From Eledone cirrhosa (taxonomy: Eukaryota), in assembly GCA_964016885.1 (NCBI GenBank), contig OZ024740.1, forward strand, positions 239,630,001 to 239,694,000: DNA of 64,000 bases, read 5' to 3'. Below the pieces are notes generated by a model. That model was given only the letters and a program-made list of their open reading frames with translations, ran no database searches and had not been told where the DNA came from. This document shows, piece by piece, positions 14,501-29,042 of this stretch (position 1 is the stretch's first letter; the number at the start of each line of letters is the position of its first letter). The position numbers and the translations under genes were made by a program.

Positions 14501-15140
14501 AGGATATCTACCAAATCTTGTCCTAGCCCGTCAGCATTCATCTCCTCAGTGGCCGTATCTCTGTTCCAGGTATTATTTATCTCAGTATTCAGATCATTGT
14601 TTGCTTCGGGTGGTTCCTCCGTTCTCTCGACCTCTTCACCTTCATTTCCCACTGGCTCGTTTGCCTGGCATACTCCACCCTCCATCTCCAAGCTAATCTC
14701 TCTGCTCAGTTCCTCCAGTTCCAGCTCGCTTATCCACCCATTAGTTCTTATTACCTGAGCCTGCCCGGCCTATTTTTGTTCATCTAATTTAAATAGACCA
14801 ATCTCGTTCCAGATGTTATGCATCAGTTTCCTATAGCCCCTCTCCTTGGGGTTACTTTTCAGGTAACATTGCATAACAGTTCTATTCAATTCTTTCGTCC
14901 AGTTGGTTCTGGTCCCTTTCCTTCTTCTTCTTCCTCCGACACCAGCAGTATTTGGTTGACAGCATTGTGTCTGAGGAAATCTACCATCACCTCCACACAA
15001 ACAACTTGTTTAGGTTCGACATTTAAACACTCTTATCGAGGATTGGCGAATGTATGGTTACATAACCACCGGTGGATTCACCGCTTCCGGTGGTTGCGTC
15101 ACTCCACGTGGGACTTGTGTGGCATTATCACGCTGTAGAC
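11570..15140 (-). mobile_element. Near full-length, disrupted R4/Dong-like element (N-terminal Myb-like region, RT, zinc knuckle, RLE)
   Basis: [68 protein letters not shown]; several stops/frameshifts; 5' UTR boundary uncertain (may reach 16845). Confidence 0.92.
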
Positions 15141-15377
15141 GAACACAAATAAACAAACAAACAAACAGGCAGAAAAAAATCCCAAAATGAATAAGCATAA
15201 GTTTCATTGTAATGTAGTGTTCGAATGTCTGACTTAGTTTTTCCCTTCCTTTCTCTGTCCGTCCGTTTGTTTCTCTCTTCATTCTTATTTTCTTTACGTT
15301 TTTTTTTTTTGTTGCTGTGCTGCTTTGATTTTTTTTTTTTTTTTTAGTCTATCTATATATTTTGATGCCTTCCCCTT

Positions 15378-15895
15378 TTTTTAGTAGGAATTCTACAATG
15401 TCGTGGCGGTGCTGTGCTAGCAGCAACTAGCAGGAGGTAGTGGGAGAGAATAGCAGCGGTAGCGATACTGAGGCAGTGGTGGTGGTGATGTGGTCGTATT
15501 ACTGTAGTGATGGTGTCCTCTTTTAGTAGGAATTCTACAATGTGGTGGTGGTGCTGTGCTAGCAACAACTAGCAGGAGGTAGTGGGAGAGAATAGCGGCG
15601 GTAGCGATACTGAGGCAGTGGTGGTGGTGATGTGGTCATATTACTGTAGTGATGGTGTTGTAGTTGGGGTATAAATTTGAGTCGATTTGACCAGAGTTTT
15701 CATCGTGGTAGTGGTGGTGGTATTGGTGGTGAAATAATAATCTGTAGTCGTTTAGTAGTGGTGGTGATGTGGTCGTATTACTGTAGTGATGGTGTTGTAG
15801 TTGGGGTATAAATTTGAGTCGAATTGACCAGAGTTTTCATCGTGGTAGTGGTGGTGGTATTGGTGGTGAAATAATAATCTGTAGTCGTTTAGTCA
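15378..15895. repeat. Two overlapping local tandem duplications (~141 bp and ~139 bp period), GGT-rich
   Basis: TTTTAGTAGGAATTCTACAATG at ~15380 and ~15521; GATGGTGTTGTAGTTGGGGTATAAATTTG at ~15651 and ~15788. Confidence 0.75.
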
Positions 15896-16220
15896 TTTTG
15901 CCATTTTCGACTCCAACATTCCTGATCCAAAATTAAATATTAATCTTGTTTATCAATATTGTCTAGTGATATCGCCATCCTCCCCTTTCGTAAGTTAACA
16001 GAAGGTAGTGGGGGGATAGCGGTGGTGGCAATGAAGGAGTGGTGGCGGCGGTGATGGGATAGTGGTAGTAATGATGGATGGGCGGCGGCGGCGGTGACTG
16101 TAGTGATGGCGTTGTCGTTACTGATGTCCGTTCGGTGAATCTATGGGGTTAGTCGCGTATATGTGTTGACATAAATTCCCTTAATGTTGGAATTAAACAT
16201 TTTGTTAAAACTTGGGACAA

Positions 16221-16408
16221 TAATTGTTTCTACTTTTGGCACAAGGCCAGCAATTACCCAGTGTATTACTGGTACTTTATTTTATCGACCCCGTAAGGAT
16301 GAAAGGCAAAGTTAACCTCCGTGGGATTTGAACTCAGAATGGCAAGAGCCGTAACTCTATGCGTCAAAGCATGCCGTCCGACGACCCTCTACCGATACTG
16401 CCAATCCA
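16221..16408 (-). mobile_element. tRNA-derived SINE
   Basis: A box TGGCAGTATCGG, B box GAGTTCAAATCC on minus; TSD TGGGACAATAAT. Confidence 0.9.
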
Positions 16409-16845
16409 TGGGACAATAATAATAGTAATTATTATTATCATTATTATGTTGAGATTGGTTGTGGTGGTGGTGAAATTGCCGTTATCTGGCTGTTGTGTTT
16501 AGTGTACACAGAGGGGTGATGGGGTAGGTGGTGTATCTAGTTTCTGGTGTTGGTGAAATTGCTGTTGTTTGGCTGTTCTATATAGTGTAGACAGTGGAGG
16601 GGGGTTCTTCTTCTTCCATTTATAGCCATTTTCTTTTTTGAATATACAATGTACAATACAAAGTTGAATATTTGAGCCTTATAACAATATATTTTGGGTC
16701 CGAATTTTTTTGGGGCTCAAGCCGGATGCTTTACGTAACATTTGTACTAAGAATTGTTATTTCGCAAATGATTTAAATATGTTAAAAATTCAAAACTTAC
16801 GGGAGCGATTCACGACCTTCTATCCACCACGTGCGTCTTCCTCCC

Positions 16846-17061
<216 letters not shown>

Positions 17062-17549
17062 TTGCATGACATAATCAGAGGAAAAAGATTTTAGTTCATG
17101 ACCATTTCCAGAGCCATTGATATTGTTGAATAAAGAAAAGGATGGTATGATCAGATCAGAATTCTGTTCCGAATGCTTGCAACAGAGTGTACTCCACTAA
17201 AGGAGGTGGGGTGATAAATTGGTCCTGTAGAAGCTATTTATATATTCTATATTATATATTAAATATTTATACTCTGCTATATATTGAGTACCTTACTGAC
17301 TGTGTTTACCGCCGATTGAACCTGGGATAAACATCTATTTATATATAGAGAGATGCGAGAAAAACCACAAACCCTCCATCTCAATTATACCGAAACCGGC
17401 AAAAGAACCAAATAAATATTCTTAAAAAGACTCCAGGTGCATTTTCGATTTTATCTTTTTTCCTTATAATTTCACTCGTGTAGGACATCTCTTTTTTTTA
17501 TTTTGGAAAAAAAACTTTATTATATATATATCAACGGAATTGACATGGT

Positions 17550-17725
17550 TCCTTCGATGGAATTCCTTGGAGTTTCCCATAACAAAATCCACTGACAAGT
17601 CTTTAGTCAGACCCAATGCTATGATAAAATATAATAAATGCAAATCCTAAGATGCCATACTCTGCTTTTGAAACTGAAACCACATAGCTGCAAAGCAACC
17701 TTCTTAACAAGACAGTCATGCTTGT
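17550..17725 (-). mobile_element. Old, decayed tRNA-SINE of a second family
   Basis: CAAAATCCACTGACAAGTCTTTAGTC...GAAACTGAAACCACATAGCTGCAAAGCAA; related decayed copy ~30480-30600. Confidence 0.45.
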
Positions 17726-18278
17726 GACAGCAATGTTACTCTGTGATAAACACTCCCTTTATAGTTGATAGATAAATACAAATGTTTATAGCTCGCTTTA
17801 AAAGAAAGACATCTAAACATTTTTTTTAACGGAAAAGTAATCAATATTCATTGAGAGGAGGAGGATGAGGGGGTGGCAGCGTAGGTAATTTTACGGCCGT
17901 TATTCTCTTTGCTGTGCTTACCTGTAAGAATGTTGGCCGTTTGTAATTTATAGGAATTTATCTTATCACATTGTTGTTCAGAATGTCAGATATATTTAAG
18001 AACAATAACACGTTTCCTCTGTAAACTGTATTAGTAGCAACATTGATGAAATTACTACATTGGTTTTATCCGCAGCAAGCAAATAAACAAGCGATTAAAT
18101 GCCTTTAGAACACTATCGATCAAGAAATGGAGAATTACTATAATGGGCACGGTATTGTGTAATTTGTTTTCTTAAGTGTATTAAGATAAATATATAGTTA
18201 CATGAACTAAAATGATGATGATAAGCAACATATCGCATTAAAGTGGCTTTACGGTTAAATATGTATTTCCTCTCTGTA

Positions 18279-18315
<37 letters not shown>

Positions 18316-18362
18316 TATATATATAGAAAGATTTGAATGGATACAGTTTAGTTGAAAGGAAT

Positions 18363-18482
18363 TTATTGACACGTGTTTCTATAACAGTTACATAACCTAA
18401 AACATCTGCTATCTACAAACTTTTAGTTATGCAGACATTCAATATTTCAATGTTATTATTTACTGTCATTTCATCAGAATAA
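18363..18482 (-). ncRNA. Type I hammerhead, long stem II (left-arm copy)
   Basis: Reverse complement of 20040-20159. Confidence 0.75.
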
Positions 18483-19185
18483 TATTACTGAGGACCTATT
18501 TAGTTTTTATAGAGAATATTAGGAGGGAGGGGTGAAGTTGTTAGAAGAATAGTTGAAGGAGTGGTTTTTCGATAGCAGTGAGAATTCCTGGTGGCAGTGA
18601 GTAATTAGATTCCCATCTGTTGTTTTGACATTTTTTTTTATTTATTTATTTTTTTTTTTATAGAATATATTATTGGTTATTTTTCTAAATCTATAGAAGG
18701 ATTAGAGATAGTAAAGATATGCGTGGTTGGTTTTGTGTTTGCACTTAATTAACATTCAGACTTAAATTTTTCTTTCAAGTGTACGTATCCTTTCACCCAC
18801 GCATTCACACACAAATATATTTGCACACCTCTACAAAATACATATACTCACAATTCACATATTCATACTTACATATATATACACATGCATACTCATATAT
18901 ATACACACATGTATTCATGTACATACATACGCGCTCATGTGTATACATTTTCATACTCAACTTATCTTTATATACACACGTATAGACACACACATATTTA
19001 CATACATACTCTAGTCCATGTGTACACACATACACATACATACACATCTATATACACATATATACATACATATATATATATATATAAGCACTTTAATACA
19101 TGAATACACTTACATCTAACTATACACATCAAACATATATATATATTTACTTATTTATATACATTTTCACATATATATACATACT

Positions 19186-19243
19186 TATGGACGTTTTTAG
19201 ACACATTCATTATCGCATATTTGCACCTATTCTCATCAGCATA
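19186..19243 (-). ncRNA. Degenerate hammerhead
   Basis: TATG-CTGATGA-..TAGGTGCA...TGTGTCTA-AAAA-CG-TC-CATA; G12 missing. Confidence 0.4.
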
Positions 19244-20039
19244 TCTTTCCATTATTAGTGTGGTAATTTAAGGTTATTAATATATGTTGAGAAGAGATTG
19301 TTTTTATATTTTTCTAACTAGATTAAGGTTTATATAGTTGGGGGATGTCCCTCTTTTATGTAATATTCGGCTTGTAGTGGGAAAAAAGGGTTTTAGTTCT
19401 GTGACGGCAGAATAATGTTCGTTCAATTCTGTTATTCAGCAGTTTCTTCTTGTGTGTGATTATGTAATAAATCTCAAGATTACACAATTTGCAGAAATTT
19501 TGGCTCCTGGAAAAGCTTTGGGTTTTAGCTAATTTCTCCCATTTTAGGGTAAACTTTTGATCGTGTATACATTGAGAAAATGTATACACATGAGCGCGTA
19601 TGTATGTACATGAATACATGTGTGTATATATATGAGTATGCATGTGTATATATATGTAAGTATGAATATGTGAATTGTGAGTATATGTATTTTGTAGAGG
19701 TGTGCAAATATATTTGTGTGTGAATGCGTGGGTGAAAGGATACGTACACTTGAAAGAAAAATTTAAGTCTGAATGTTAATTAAGTGCAAACACAAAACCA
19801 ACCACGCATATCTTTACTATCTCTAATCCTTCTATAGATTTAGAAAAATAACCAATAATATATTCTATAAAAAAAAAAAAAAAAAAAAAAATGTCAAAAC
19901 AACAGATGGGAATCTAATTACTCACTGCCACCGGGAATTCTCACTGCTATCGAAAAACCACTCCTTCAACTATTCTTCTAACAACTTCACCCCTCCCTCC
20001 TAATATTCTCTATAAAAACTAAATAGGTCCTCAGTAATA

Positions 20040-20159
20040 TTATTCTGATGAAATGACAGTAAATAATAACATTGAAATATTGAATGTCTGCATAACTAAA
20101 AGTTTGTAGATAGCAGCTGTTTTAGGTTATGTAACTGTTATAGAAACACGTGTCAATAA
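20040..20159 (+). ncRNA. Type I hammerhead, long stem II, GUC site
   Basis: TTATT-CTGATGA-A-ATGACAGT...ACTGTTAT-A-GAAA-CACGTG-TC-AATAA. Confidence 0.8.
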
Positions 20160-20334
20160 ATTCCTTTCAACTAAACTGTATCCATTCAAATCTTTCTATT
20201 TTTCTCCGGATTACTTTTGGAACTACAACTGGAACCGTCGAGCAAACTCTACGTGAGCTGATAATCTACTGTGTGTAATATTTATATTACAACACAACGG
20301 AAAATACTGTATATATATATATATATATATATAT

Positions 20335-20580
20335 AGTAATAATAATAAATTTGAAGACTAAAATCCAAAGAGGGCTCGATAAGGATAAATATATATCAAA
20401 TATATAAGAACCGTAGAGCAAATATTTATTAAAATAACAGATTAAAGTTTAAGCAAAGAATCGCTGCTTTCACCCTTAACGGGATCTTCTGAAACTAACA
20501 AAGTCAATCTGTAAACGCAGTGAAAGGGTGAAAGCAGCGATTCTTTGCTTAAACTTTAATCTGTTATTTTAATAAATATA
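20335..20580 (-). mobile_element. PLE-tail fold-back unit with CAGAAGA-core HHR (20446-20496)
   Basis: Inverted arms ~20422-20477 / 20524-20579; between (TA)n. Confidence 0.65.
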
Positions 20581-20620
20581 TATATATATATACATACGTT
20601 TGTGTGTGTGTGTTTGTGTT

Positions 20621-20702
<82 letters not shown>

Positions 20703-20993
20703 CGTGTGTGTGTGAGTGTGTGTGTGTGTATCTGTATGTAGCTGACGGACCAGAAAAAATAAATACTCAATGCCGAAGTTTAAATCAGTCATGGGCAAAC
20801 TGCGCCCTGTTTAGCTTTTCTGAATTGCAGGTCTAATTTCAAAATTGTCTTGAATTATTTAGTAGTGCGGCCCGCCTTATGATGAGCCACATCCTAAGCG
20901 GTCCACTACTTTAAAAAAATTGCCTATGCAAGGTTTAAATATTCATTTCATCAAAGCTAAAGAGTGAGTTTTGTTACTCTAGAATTTCACCTG

Positions 20994-21099
<106 letters not shown>

Positions 21100-21108
21100 T
21101 ATCTCTAT

Positions 21109-21145
<37 letters not shown>

Positions 21146-21941
21146 TATATAGTAACATTTTCTGTTAAACTAAGAGTGAAATGAACAAAGTACTGTTAGT
21201 ATTTGATGTTTCAAATACTATTGATCCTCGCTCCCTCAATATTATTGACAGAATCAGGAGGTCAACTTTGTTTTTCATACATTCGATGTCGATATAAGAG
21301 TACCAGTCCTGTACTGTGGTCGGTTCTTCCTCTATATATCTTTCTCACTTCTTATCCTTCACTTTCTCATTCCTCTGGATGAAATTGGTTGTGTTCAGAC
21401 ATGGAGAGGAGATAGGCTCCGTCAGATTTAAAAAGCTCAAGATGCGCCATATGACACGACGGCACCATACGTCTCCATCAGATTTTACGGGTCTATGCAT
21501 GCATATTGTGTAAAAAATAGATATAATAGTCATAGCTGAAACGTCTTTAATTTATCAGAGCTGATCTGGAGCTAAACAAAACAACGGCAACTCCACAAAA
21601 CAACAAAAACACCACCACAAATACCATGGAACAACAACAATAACAAAAACGATAACAACAGATTAAACATTAAGAAGAATAGCGCCAGTAAGATGAAGAA
21701 ATAGTCAGCAGAAATATCATCATGATAAGAACATTGACATCTCCAAAATAACTTTACTCAAACAAAGATAAAACAGAAATATAACATGAATAATATACAT
21801 TTTTTTCAACATTAGCAGAATATCATTGCCTGACAAAGAAAAGCCAGTAAATGCCCTTCTACTTGTACAACATAACAGAGATAGAAGCCAAATAACCACA
21901 AATAATAGGCTACCATAATATATTTAGTGATGATACATTGG

Positions 21942-22052
21942 ATAATTGTTTCTACATTTGGCACAAGGCCAGCAATTACCCAGGACATTACTGATACTTT
22001 ATTTTATCGACCCCGTAAGGATGAAAGGCAAAGTTAACCTCGGCGGGATTGA
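21942..22052 (-). mobile_element. 5'-truncated tRNA SINE
   Basis: GGCACAAGGCCAGCAATTACCCAG...CGACCCCGTAAGGATGAAAGGC. Confidence 0.85.
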
Positions 22053-22059
22053 ATGTTGG

Positions 22060-24300
22060 CCTACATACCACTAAAAGTGTGACAGTCATTGTTTGACAGA
22101 AGTTTTATCATAGGTTTACTCAATCAAACAAATTGAAAAAGGACACACACATAGTATATATATATATGCATCAACTAAAATCGTAATTGACAATATAAAC
22201 AGAAATGTGGATATAAGTTGTAACGATGAAAGAATGGTATTTAACTAATGTATTAGTACGCGATGGGGCCCACCTACAGCCCCGGCGGACAGAATGGAGA
22301 AGGCGTTTCCCCGGAGGACGGCAAGGGAGATGCGCTGGAAAAGCCACTCCAACTGGCGGGGTTCACACCTGCGGCTGGCCAGCTCAGCGCCTATGGTGGT
22401 GAGTAGGGAGGTAGCCCTGGGGCCGAGGACACCAGAAGTTTCCACTGCCAGGGGAACGACCGCAAACCTGTCGGAGAGCGACCGGTATTTGAGGAGTTTG
22501 GCCCCCTCAGCCCGACGTGCAGCAGAACCTGGGTCAGTCGCAGACTGCGCCAGGTTGCGGCTGCAGAAAATGTCGGTGCAAGTGGCATCCCAGACAAGGG
22601 GTTTGCCACCGCTGAACGGGAAGATGGTCGTGCCATCTGGCCTTTTGCCGTCCCCTCGATCCAGCCCCACCGGCTCGAGCTGGGAAGGGAAGCCTGCAGC
22701 GTCCAAGCCATGCTTAATGACCTCGTTGGGGGCAGCATGGCGTGGAATGCGGCCGGCACTGTGGCGACAGGAAAGCGGGTGGAGGCCGAAAGAGTCCACT
22801 GTGGAACCGCAGCGACATTGGTGTGGCTGGGAGATCCGGAGGCCGAGCCTCAGGGAAACGCTGATTCGCAGGCTATGGTTGTATAGCTGCGTGCCAGTGG
22901 AGAAGGAGGGCAGAGCATGGCGCCAGGCACCACTGTGGGGTTTGGAGGCCGCACGAAAACAAGCAAGGCGGTGCTGGTTGAGCTGGCGCGTGAGCCTGTC
23001 TGAGGCCAGGCTGCACTGGATGGCATCCCAAGTGCGTTGGGGGGACTTGACGTCAACAGGGGAAGAAGGAGGAGGAACGTCTACTGGGCTAAGTCCCAGT
23101 CGGTCCTACGTCTCATAGGCGGCCTCACGTTCTCTGAACACAGAGGGTTCTGTTGTGTTTTGAAGAACCCTGCTGACGAGGACGCGGCACGAGAAACATA
23201 TGCCGCCAAAGCTAGTGAGATCGGGGACCGGAGGCCTAGGCCGCCATACCTGACCGGTAAAGTGGCCTGTTTCCACCCTATGTCGTCAAACTTGACGTTG
23301 TATATCCCCTCGGTTGCTGCTCGGATACAAGTATCGAGGTCAGAGAGGAGAGATGTCTGGGTGTAGCATGGAGCGCTGCGGAGTGTATAGAGGAGCTTCG
23401 GCATGGCGAAGCAGTTCCAGAGCAGAAAGAGAGCTGGGTGGCCGTCAATCAAGCCTAGTCGGCTCGTGAGAGTCTGGAGCTGTTGAAGCCTGGACCTGAT
23501 GGTGGAGCGGATGTCCGGCGGATGGATCAGTGACTCGAGGATGAGGACATCCTCTTTGGGGGTCACCTGAACCTGGCGGAGAATGGACCGCACGTCCAAG
23601 ACGGAGGCTGCAAAGCTCGCAGCATCGAGGCTGACGTGCACCACCTCCGACTTGGCCGAGTTGACCTGGAGGCCGATTCTGGCCAGGGAAGGAATCACCG
23701 ATTGAATGTCTTGGCAGACCGTCCGTACAGGCCCGCTCAACGTAGCATCATCCAGATACCAAACGTTGAGAGGGGCCGTGATACTCTGGGCGATGTGGTC
23801 AATACCAAGGGCGAACAGGAGGAGTCACAAAGGGTCGCCCTGTTAGATCCCAGTAGCCGAGGGTATGACCGTATCAGCAGCTAGGAGCATGCTCGGGGCT
23901 CCATATGACAGGTAGGCCAGCGGGTAGGCAGAGGGGGCTCGGCTGAGGCAGGCCTCGGGCAGATGATCCCGGCGTAAAGAGTTAAAGGCATTCCTCATGT
24001 CAAGTTTGACAATGAGGTGCCTGGAGTCCCTGGATGCCGGTACCGATGGGCAGCTACTGAAGAACTGCCTGATTGCATGAGAGGCTCCCTCACAGCCACC
24101 GGACACGCCGACACCCAGTTGCACCGGACTAGACTCCTCACCCAGTTCGTGTGTGACGGACTTGCAGATCACCTTGGCAGCCAGCCTCCGGAAGACATTG
24201 CCCACAGCAATGGGGCGTATGCCACCCTCTTTCTTCCTGAGAGCGGTGAGGCTGGCCATGATATGAGACATGATATGAGACATGATATGAGACATCACCC
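22060..24300 (-). mobile_element. CRE-clade non-LTR retrotransposon (RT + RLE), 5'-truncated, disrupted
   Basis: GGIRPIAVGNVFRRLAAK, KLDMRNAFNSLRR, QGDPL, WYLDDATL, LPVRYGGLG, RH..N, GKRPDG, WDATC, VETSG, QRISLAVLRGNA; GC-rich. Confidence 0.9.
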
Positions 24301-24301
24301 A

Positions 24302-24366
<65 letters not shown>

Positions 24367-24513
24367 TATATATAAAAGCAAACGGATATTTAATTTGTTG
24401 GTAATTCAACAAATATATATATTTATAACAGATTCCAAGCACTTGACAAGTTTTCTGGATTATAATATCAATGATATTAATAAATGGAAACTATATTTAT
24501 AAAACCATATTTA

Positions 24514-24570
24514 TTCTATTATATATATTTCAAGGGTTCCAAAACTTTGGTGCACTCTCATCAGATAAAA
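24514..24570 (-). ncRNA. Type I hammerhead, AUA site
   Basis: TTTTAT-CTGATGA-GAGTGCA-CCAAAG-TTTTGG-AACCCTT-GAAA-TATATA-TA-ATAGAA; same family as 28262-28322. Confidence 0.6.
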
Positions 24571-25154
24571 TGCAATTTTTTTTTAATAAATGGTGACATA
24601 CCCAGGAATGAGATCTTAACGGTTCAAGTTTTACGTGGATAGTAAAATGAAAAATGGGAAGAGAGGAAAAAACAAATATTTCAAATTATTTAGATGAATA
24701 TGCAAATGAGGTTGAGGCGTAGGGCTGAAAAAAAAATGTTATTTTTAGACGCTAGGTAGATTTAAATAATTATTAGTATATATATATGTATGTATAGGAA
24801 GAAAACAGAGAATGAAAGAAAAGCTTGTATTTATATTACTATAATGTACGTGAATTTAAAAAGATTGAAACGTTATGAATTAACAGTTTGTTGGAATGGT
24901 GGAATATGATTACATAATTTAAAAAAATATTTAACTAAATTATGAGTTATAATATTATATATATATAATCAATTAGATTATATGAAGAATTTTATCTTAT
25001 TATATTGCAACAGGTTGTAAGTATATAAATATCCATATAGATTAATACGTGTATAAATATAAATATCATTGGTGATTATATAGATATAAAACACACGTAT
25101 TAATTTGTTTACATTTCTTATATGAATTACGAAAGATGTTGATTTTACATTACC

Positions 25155-25236
25155 AACACCCCACTCTCCAGAGCGTGAAATTAATAAACATTTGTTGTAC
25201 TGCCTCTCTGTTTTGTCCCTGTTCAAATTTTTCCAT

Positions 25237-25240
<4 letters not shown>
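25155..25240 (+). mobile_element. Short 3' tail of the Neptune-like PLE family
   Basis: Matches 41605-41685 and reverse of 54541-54615; ends in (TA)n. Confidence 0.8.
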
Positions 25241-25287
<47 letters not shown>

Positions 25288-25370
25288 CTTAACTATAGTA
25301 AAGAAAGGAGTGCGGGACTGGGAATATGTTTTTATCCCGTTTGTAAAATAAGTTGGATTACTTTGAATAA

Positions 25371-25560
25371 ATAATTGTTTCTACTTTAGGCACAAGGCCA
25401 GCAATTACCCAGTGCATTACTGGTACTTTATTTTATCGACCCCGTAAGGATGAAAGGCAAAGTCAACCTCGGCGGGATTTGAACTCAGATTGTAAAGGGA
25501 CGTAACTATGCTGGAAAGCATGGCGTCCGACCCTCCACCGATACTGCCAATCCACCGCCT
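25371..25560 (-). mobile_element. Full-length tRNA SINE
   Basis: 15-bp TSD CTTTGAATAAATAAT at 25361 and 25559. Confidence 0.92.
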
Positions 25561-25979
25561 TTGAATAAATAATGAATGAATATTACATAATTTATGTACT
25601 AAATTTCGTAACTCTTGCTTAAATATAAATAATTTTATTGCTTTATTTAAAGATTCACTTCTTTAACATTTTTACATGTCAACACTTCCGATTAGCACCC
25701 GTTATATTATAACACTTATACAAACATTGCATATATCTCCGTCGCTAATTTTCTCCTAATGCAGTTTATATATAATATCGTCTTTTTTAAATGTATCATG
25801 GATCACTTTACTGATTACATAAGAGAGTATAACTCAGACTCTCTGCAATTTCTGTGGATATTGTCAATTACGATTTTATTTGACATATCATATCTACATG
25901 CATATATATATTTGTGCATAATATCAATATGCACACTACACATGCTAGCAGAAAGGGTTGTTTTTCTGCTAGTAATAAT

Positions 25980-26351
25980 AATAATTGTTTCTACTTTTGG
26001 CACAAGGCCAGCAATTATCCAAGTGCATTACTGGTACTTTATTTTATCGACCCCGTAACGATGAAAAGCAAAGTTAACCTCGGTGGGATTTGAATTCAGA
26101 CTGTAAATGGCCGTAACTCTATGCTGCAAAGCATTACGTCCGACCCTTTACCGATACTACCAATCTACATAATTGTTTCTACTTTAGGCACAAGGCCAGC
26201 AATTACACAGTGCATTACTGGTACTTTATTTTATCGACCCCGTAAGGATGAAAGGCAAAGTCAACCTCGGCGGGATTTGAACTCAGATCATAAAGGGACG
26301 TAACTATGCTGGAAAGCATGGCGTCCGACCCTCTACTGATACTGCCAATCC
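25980..26351 (-). mobile_element. Two tandem tRNA SINEs
   Basis: Copies ~25980-26165 and ~26170-26351; TSD CTACATAAT around the second. Confidence 0.9.
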
Positions 26352-26420
26352 TACATAATAAAAGGACGGTTTGTTATGTCTTCATTACGTTTATTAATTG
26401 GTGTCGCACTCATCCAGGCG

Positions 26421-26454
<34 letters not shown>

Positions 26455-26972
26455 TAAATGAGAGGTAATGAGAGAGCGAGGGATGTAGAAATGAAGAAAA
26501 AGAGAATGAGAGAGAGAGGAGGAGGGGGCGGAGAAAAGAGATTAGTCTTATGTCGATATTTCAATGACTCTCGCCAACTCATTAAAAACTACCCCTCTGA
26601 TTCCCTATACAATACACTGCTATAGCAACAGCTATATATGTGATATAGAATAGAGAAACGATCTAAAATGGTCAGTCTAATTTGCATGAGTGCATATGTT
26701 TGCTGGCGTAATTAAATAATTACATAGATTCATATGGATCTAGCCGAATACAACGCACACAAGAATGGAGGAACAAAGCTCTGCATCATGATAATGGATC
26801 AGTTGTCGATTATATGTTGATGGTTATATGTAGATGGTTGAGTTCTTCCTTCTGCGCTGTGTCTACAGTCAATTAGATCAACTGGGTTCTTTGAAAGTTA
26901 AGTGTCGATAACAGGAGTCCTCCAACTGACATCTTCTCTAACTCTCATTTCAACTTTCTGTCTCTCTCTTAT

Positions 26973-27097
<125 letters not shown>

Positions 27098-27500
27098 CGT
27101 TATTCCGGGTTGAATCGGAGGTAACCACAGTAAGTAAGGTACTCAATGCATAGCAGAGTATAAAAGTTTTAATATAGATGAGATTCTACAGGACTAGAAC
27201 TGTTTCATTCATTAGAAATCATCAGGAATCTGGGTATCAAAAAATAAAAATGGTATTTATAGGTCTCTACAAGTGGTAGGAGAGGGTGGGGAGTGGGATG
27301 GGTGTAGGTCATTGGTTGATAGAAAAGGGAATTCATTAAAAGCTAATTCTACAAAGCTATAGTTTATTTTTATTTTTATTTATTTATGTTTTTAGAGTAA
27401 CAAGGGCAGAGAGAATTCTATAAACAGGTTCCGGATGGCATACCAATCCTTGTCATTAAGTTTCTCTTAAGCTAACAGATGTCTATAAGATCAGTGGGGG
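27098..27500 (-). mobile_element. PLE terminal-repeat remnant containing an HHR
   Basis: Tail matches 31200-31290; ATTGAGTAC motif; adjoins (TA)n. Confidence 0.6.
27181..27231 (-). ncRNA. Type I hammerhead, GUA site
   Basis: AGATTC-CTGATGA-T-TTC-TAAT-GAA-T-GAAA-CAG-TTCTAGTC-CTG-TA-GAATCT; all three stems form. Confidence 0.8.
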
Positions 27501-27567
27501 GTCAGTCATGGTAGATAGAATTAAAGAAATGTATAATTATATATATATATATATATATATAATTATA

Positions 27568-27709
27568 TAGGAAAATAGTCAGGACCCCGACGGCACGAGC
27601 TCAGCCTAGGGGTCCTGAATCTTTTCTTATTACCCACTCTACTACCCTAAGTATTGAGTACTCTGATGCGTTATGGTCCACCTGGTATCTTACCACACCC
27701 TCTTTGTTA
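27568..27709 (+). mobile_element. Fold-back repeat unit in (TA)n, copy 4
   Basis: TAGGAAAATAGTCAGGACCCC...GGGGTCCTGAATCTTTTCTTA plus same tail. Confidence 0.65.
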
Positions 27710-27870
27710 TATATATATATAATTTATTTCAAATATTAATCCTGTAGAAGTCATTTATATTTGAAATAAATGTTGTAGTCTCTCTAGCTGATATATTGAG
27801 TACCTTATTTAACTGTAGTTTTATTCCGAACATCCAATGGAAAAGCATTCTCTCACACTATTTCTCTCTT

Positions 27871-27912
<42 letters not shown>

Positions 27913-27937
27913 TATATATATATATATATATATATAT

Positions 27938-28467
<530 letters not shown>

Positions 28468-29042
28468 CTATCACTCTTGACGTCTGCATTGCCGCCATTC
28501 ATGATGCCTTCCTGTATCCTTTACAGTTCCTGGAGCCTGGCATTGACATAGGACGTGGCGACATTCATGCACTGATCACTCTCGTTCTCTCTTTGCACCC
28601 CCTAATAACGCCTCTACTTGTATGTGTGTATTAATGTGTCACTCCCCACGCTAGTTAGGTCGCGCGGAGAAGTCGAACGGACACTCTCGCCGCACATAGA
28701 CATCACTACAGACAATAGCTTTCTAACTACAGTCATCCTGATCTTTATACCCACGCAGCTTTGCACAAACAACACACATATGTGCACATAAACACACACA
28801 AACACACACACACAAACATTTACTGCTACCTCCTCGATGTTTATTTTCTATTTTGGGATTCTCCAACACACTAACCCCATTCTGGAATCCAACTTTCCAA
28901 AATGTCTAACTGCATATGTGTTTCCTCTTCAAAAAAATCTTTTCCCCGTTTTTTTTTAAAAGTAAAAGACTTTAAGAAATACCGCAAAACATCTTACCAT
29001 CACCCTGACCATTACGAAAACCAACCGCCCTATCTAGCTAGT

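Larger units (their letters stand above)
18325..20310. mobile_element. PLE remnant: ~625-bp inverted repeat around a GIY-YIG 3' fragment
   Basis: Arms 18325-18952 / 19576-20199; spacer encodes (minus, 19356-19565) LKW...CKLCNLE...LLNNRIE...CRH. Confidence 0.85.

Noticed and set aside
15064-15130. Hairpin AACCACCGG/CCGGTGGTT near the R4 ORF start as an HDV-like ribozyme
   Set aside because: Could not assemble the P1/P2/P3 nested pseudoknot
22294-23118. 274-aa plus-strand ORF and other antisense ORFs over retroelements
   Set aside because: Shadow frames of GC-rich or biased coding sequence on the opposite strand
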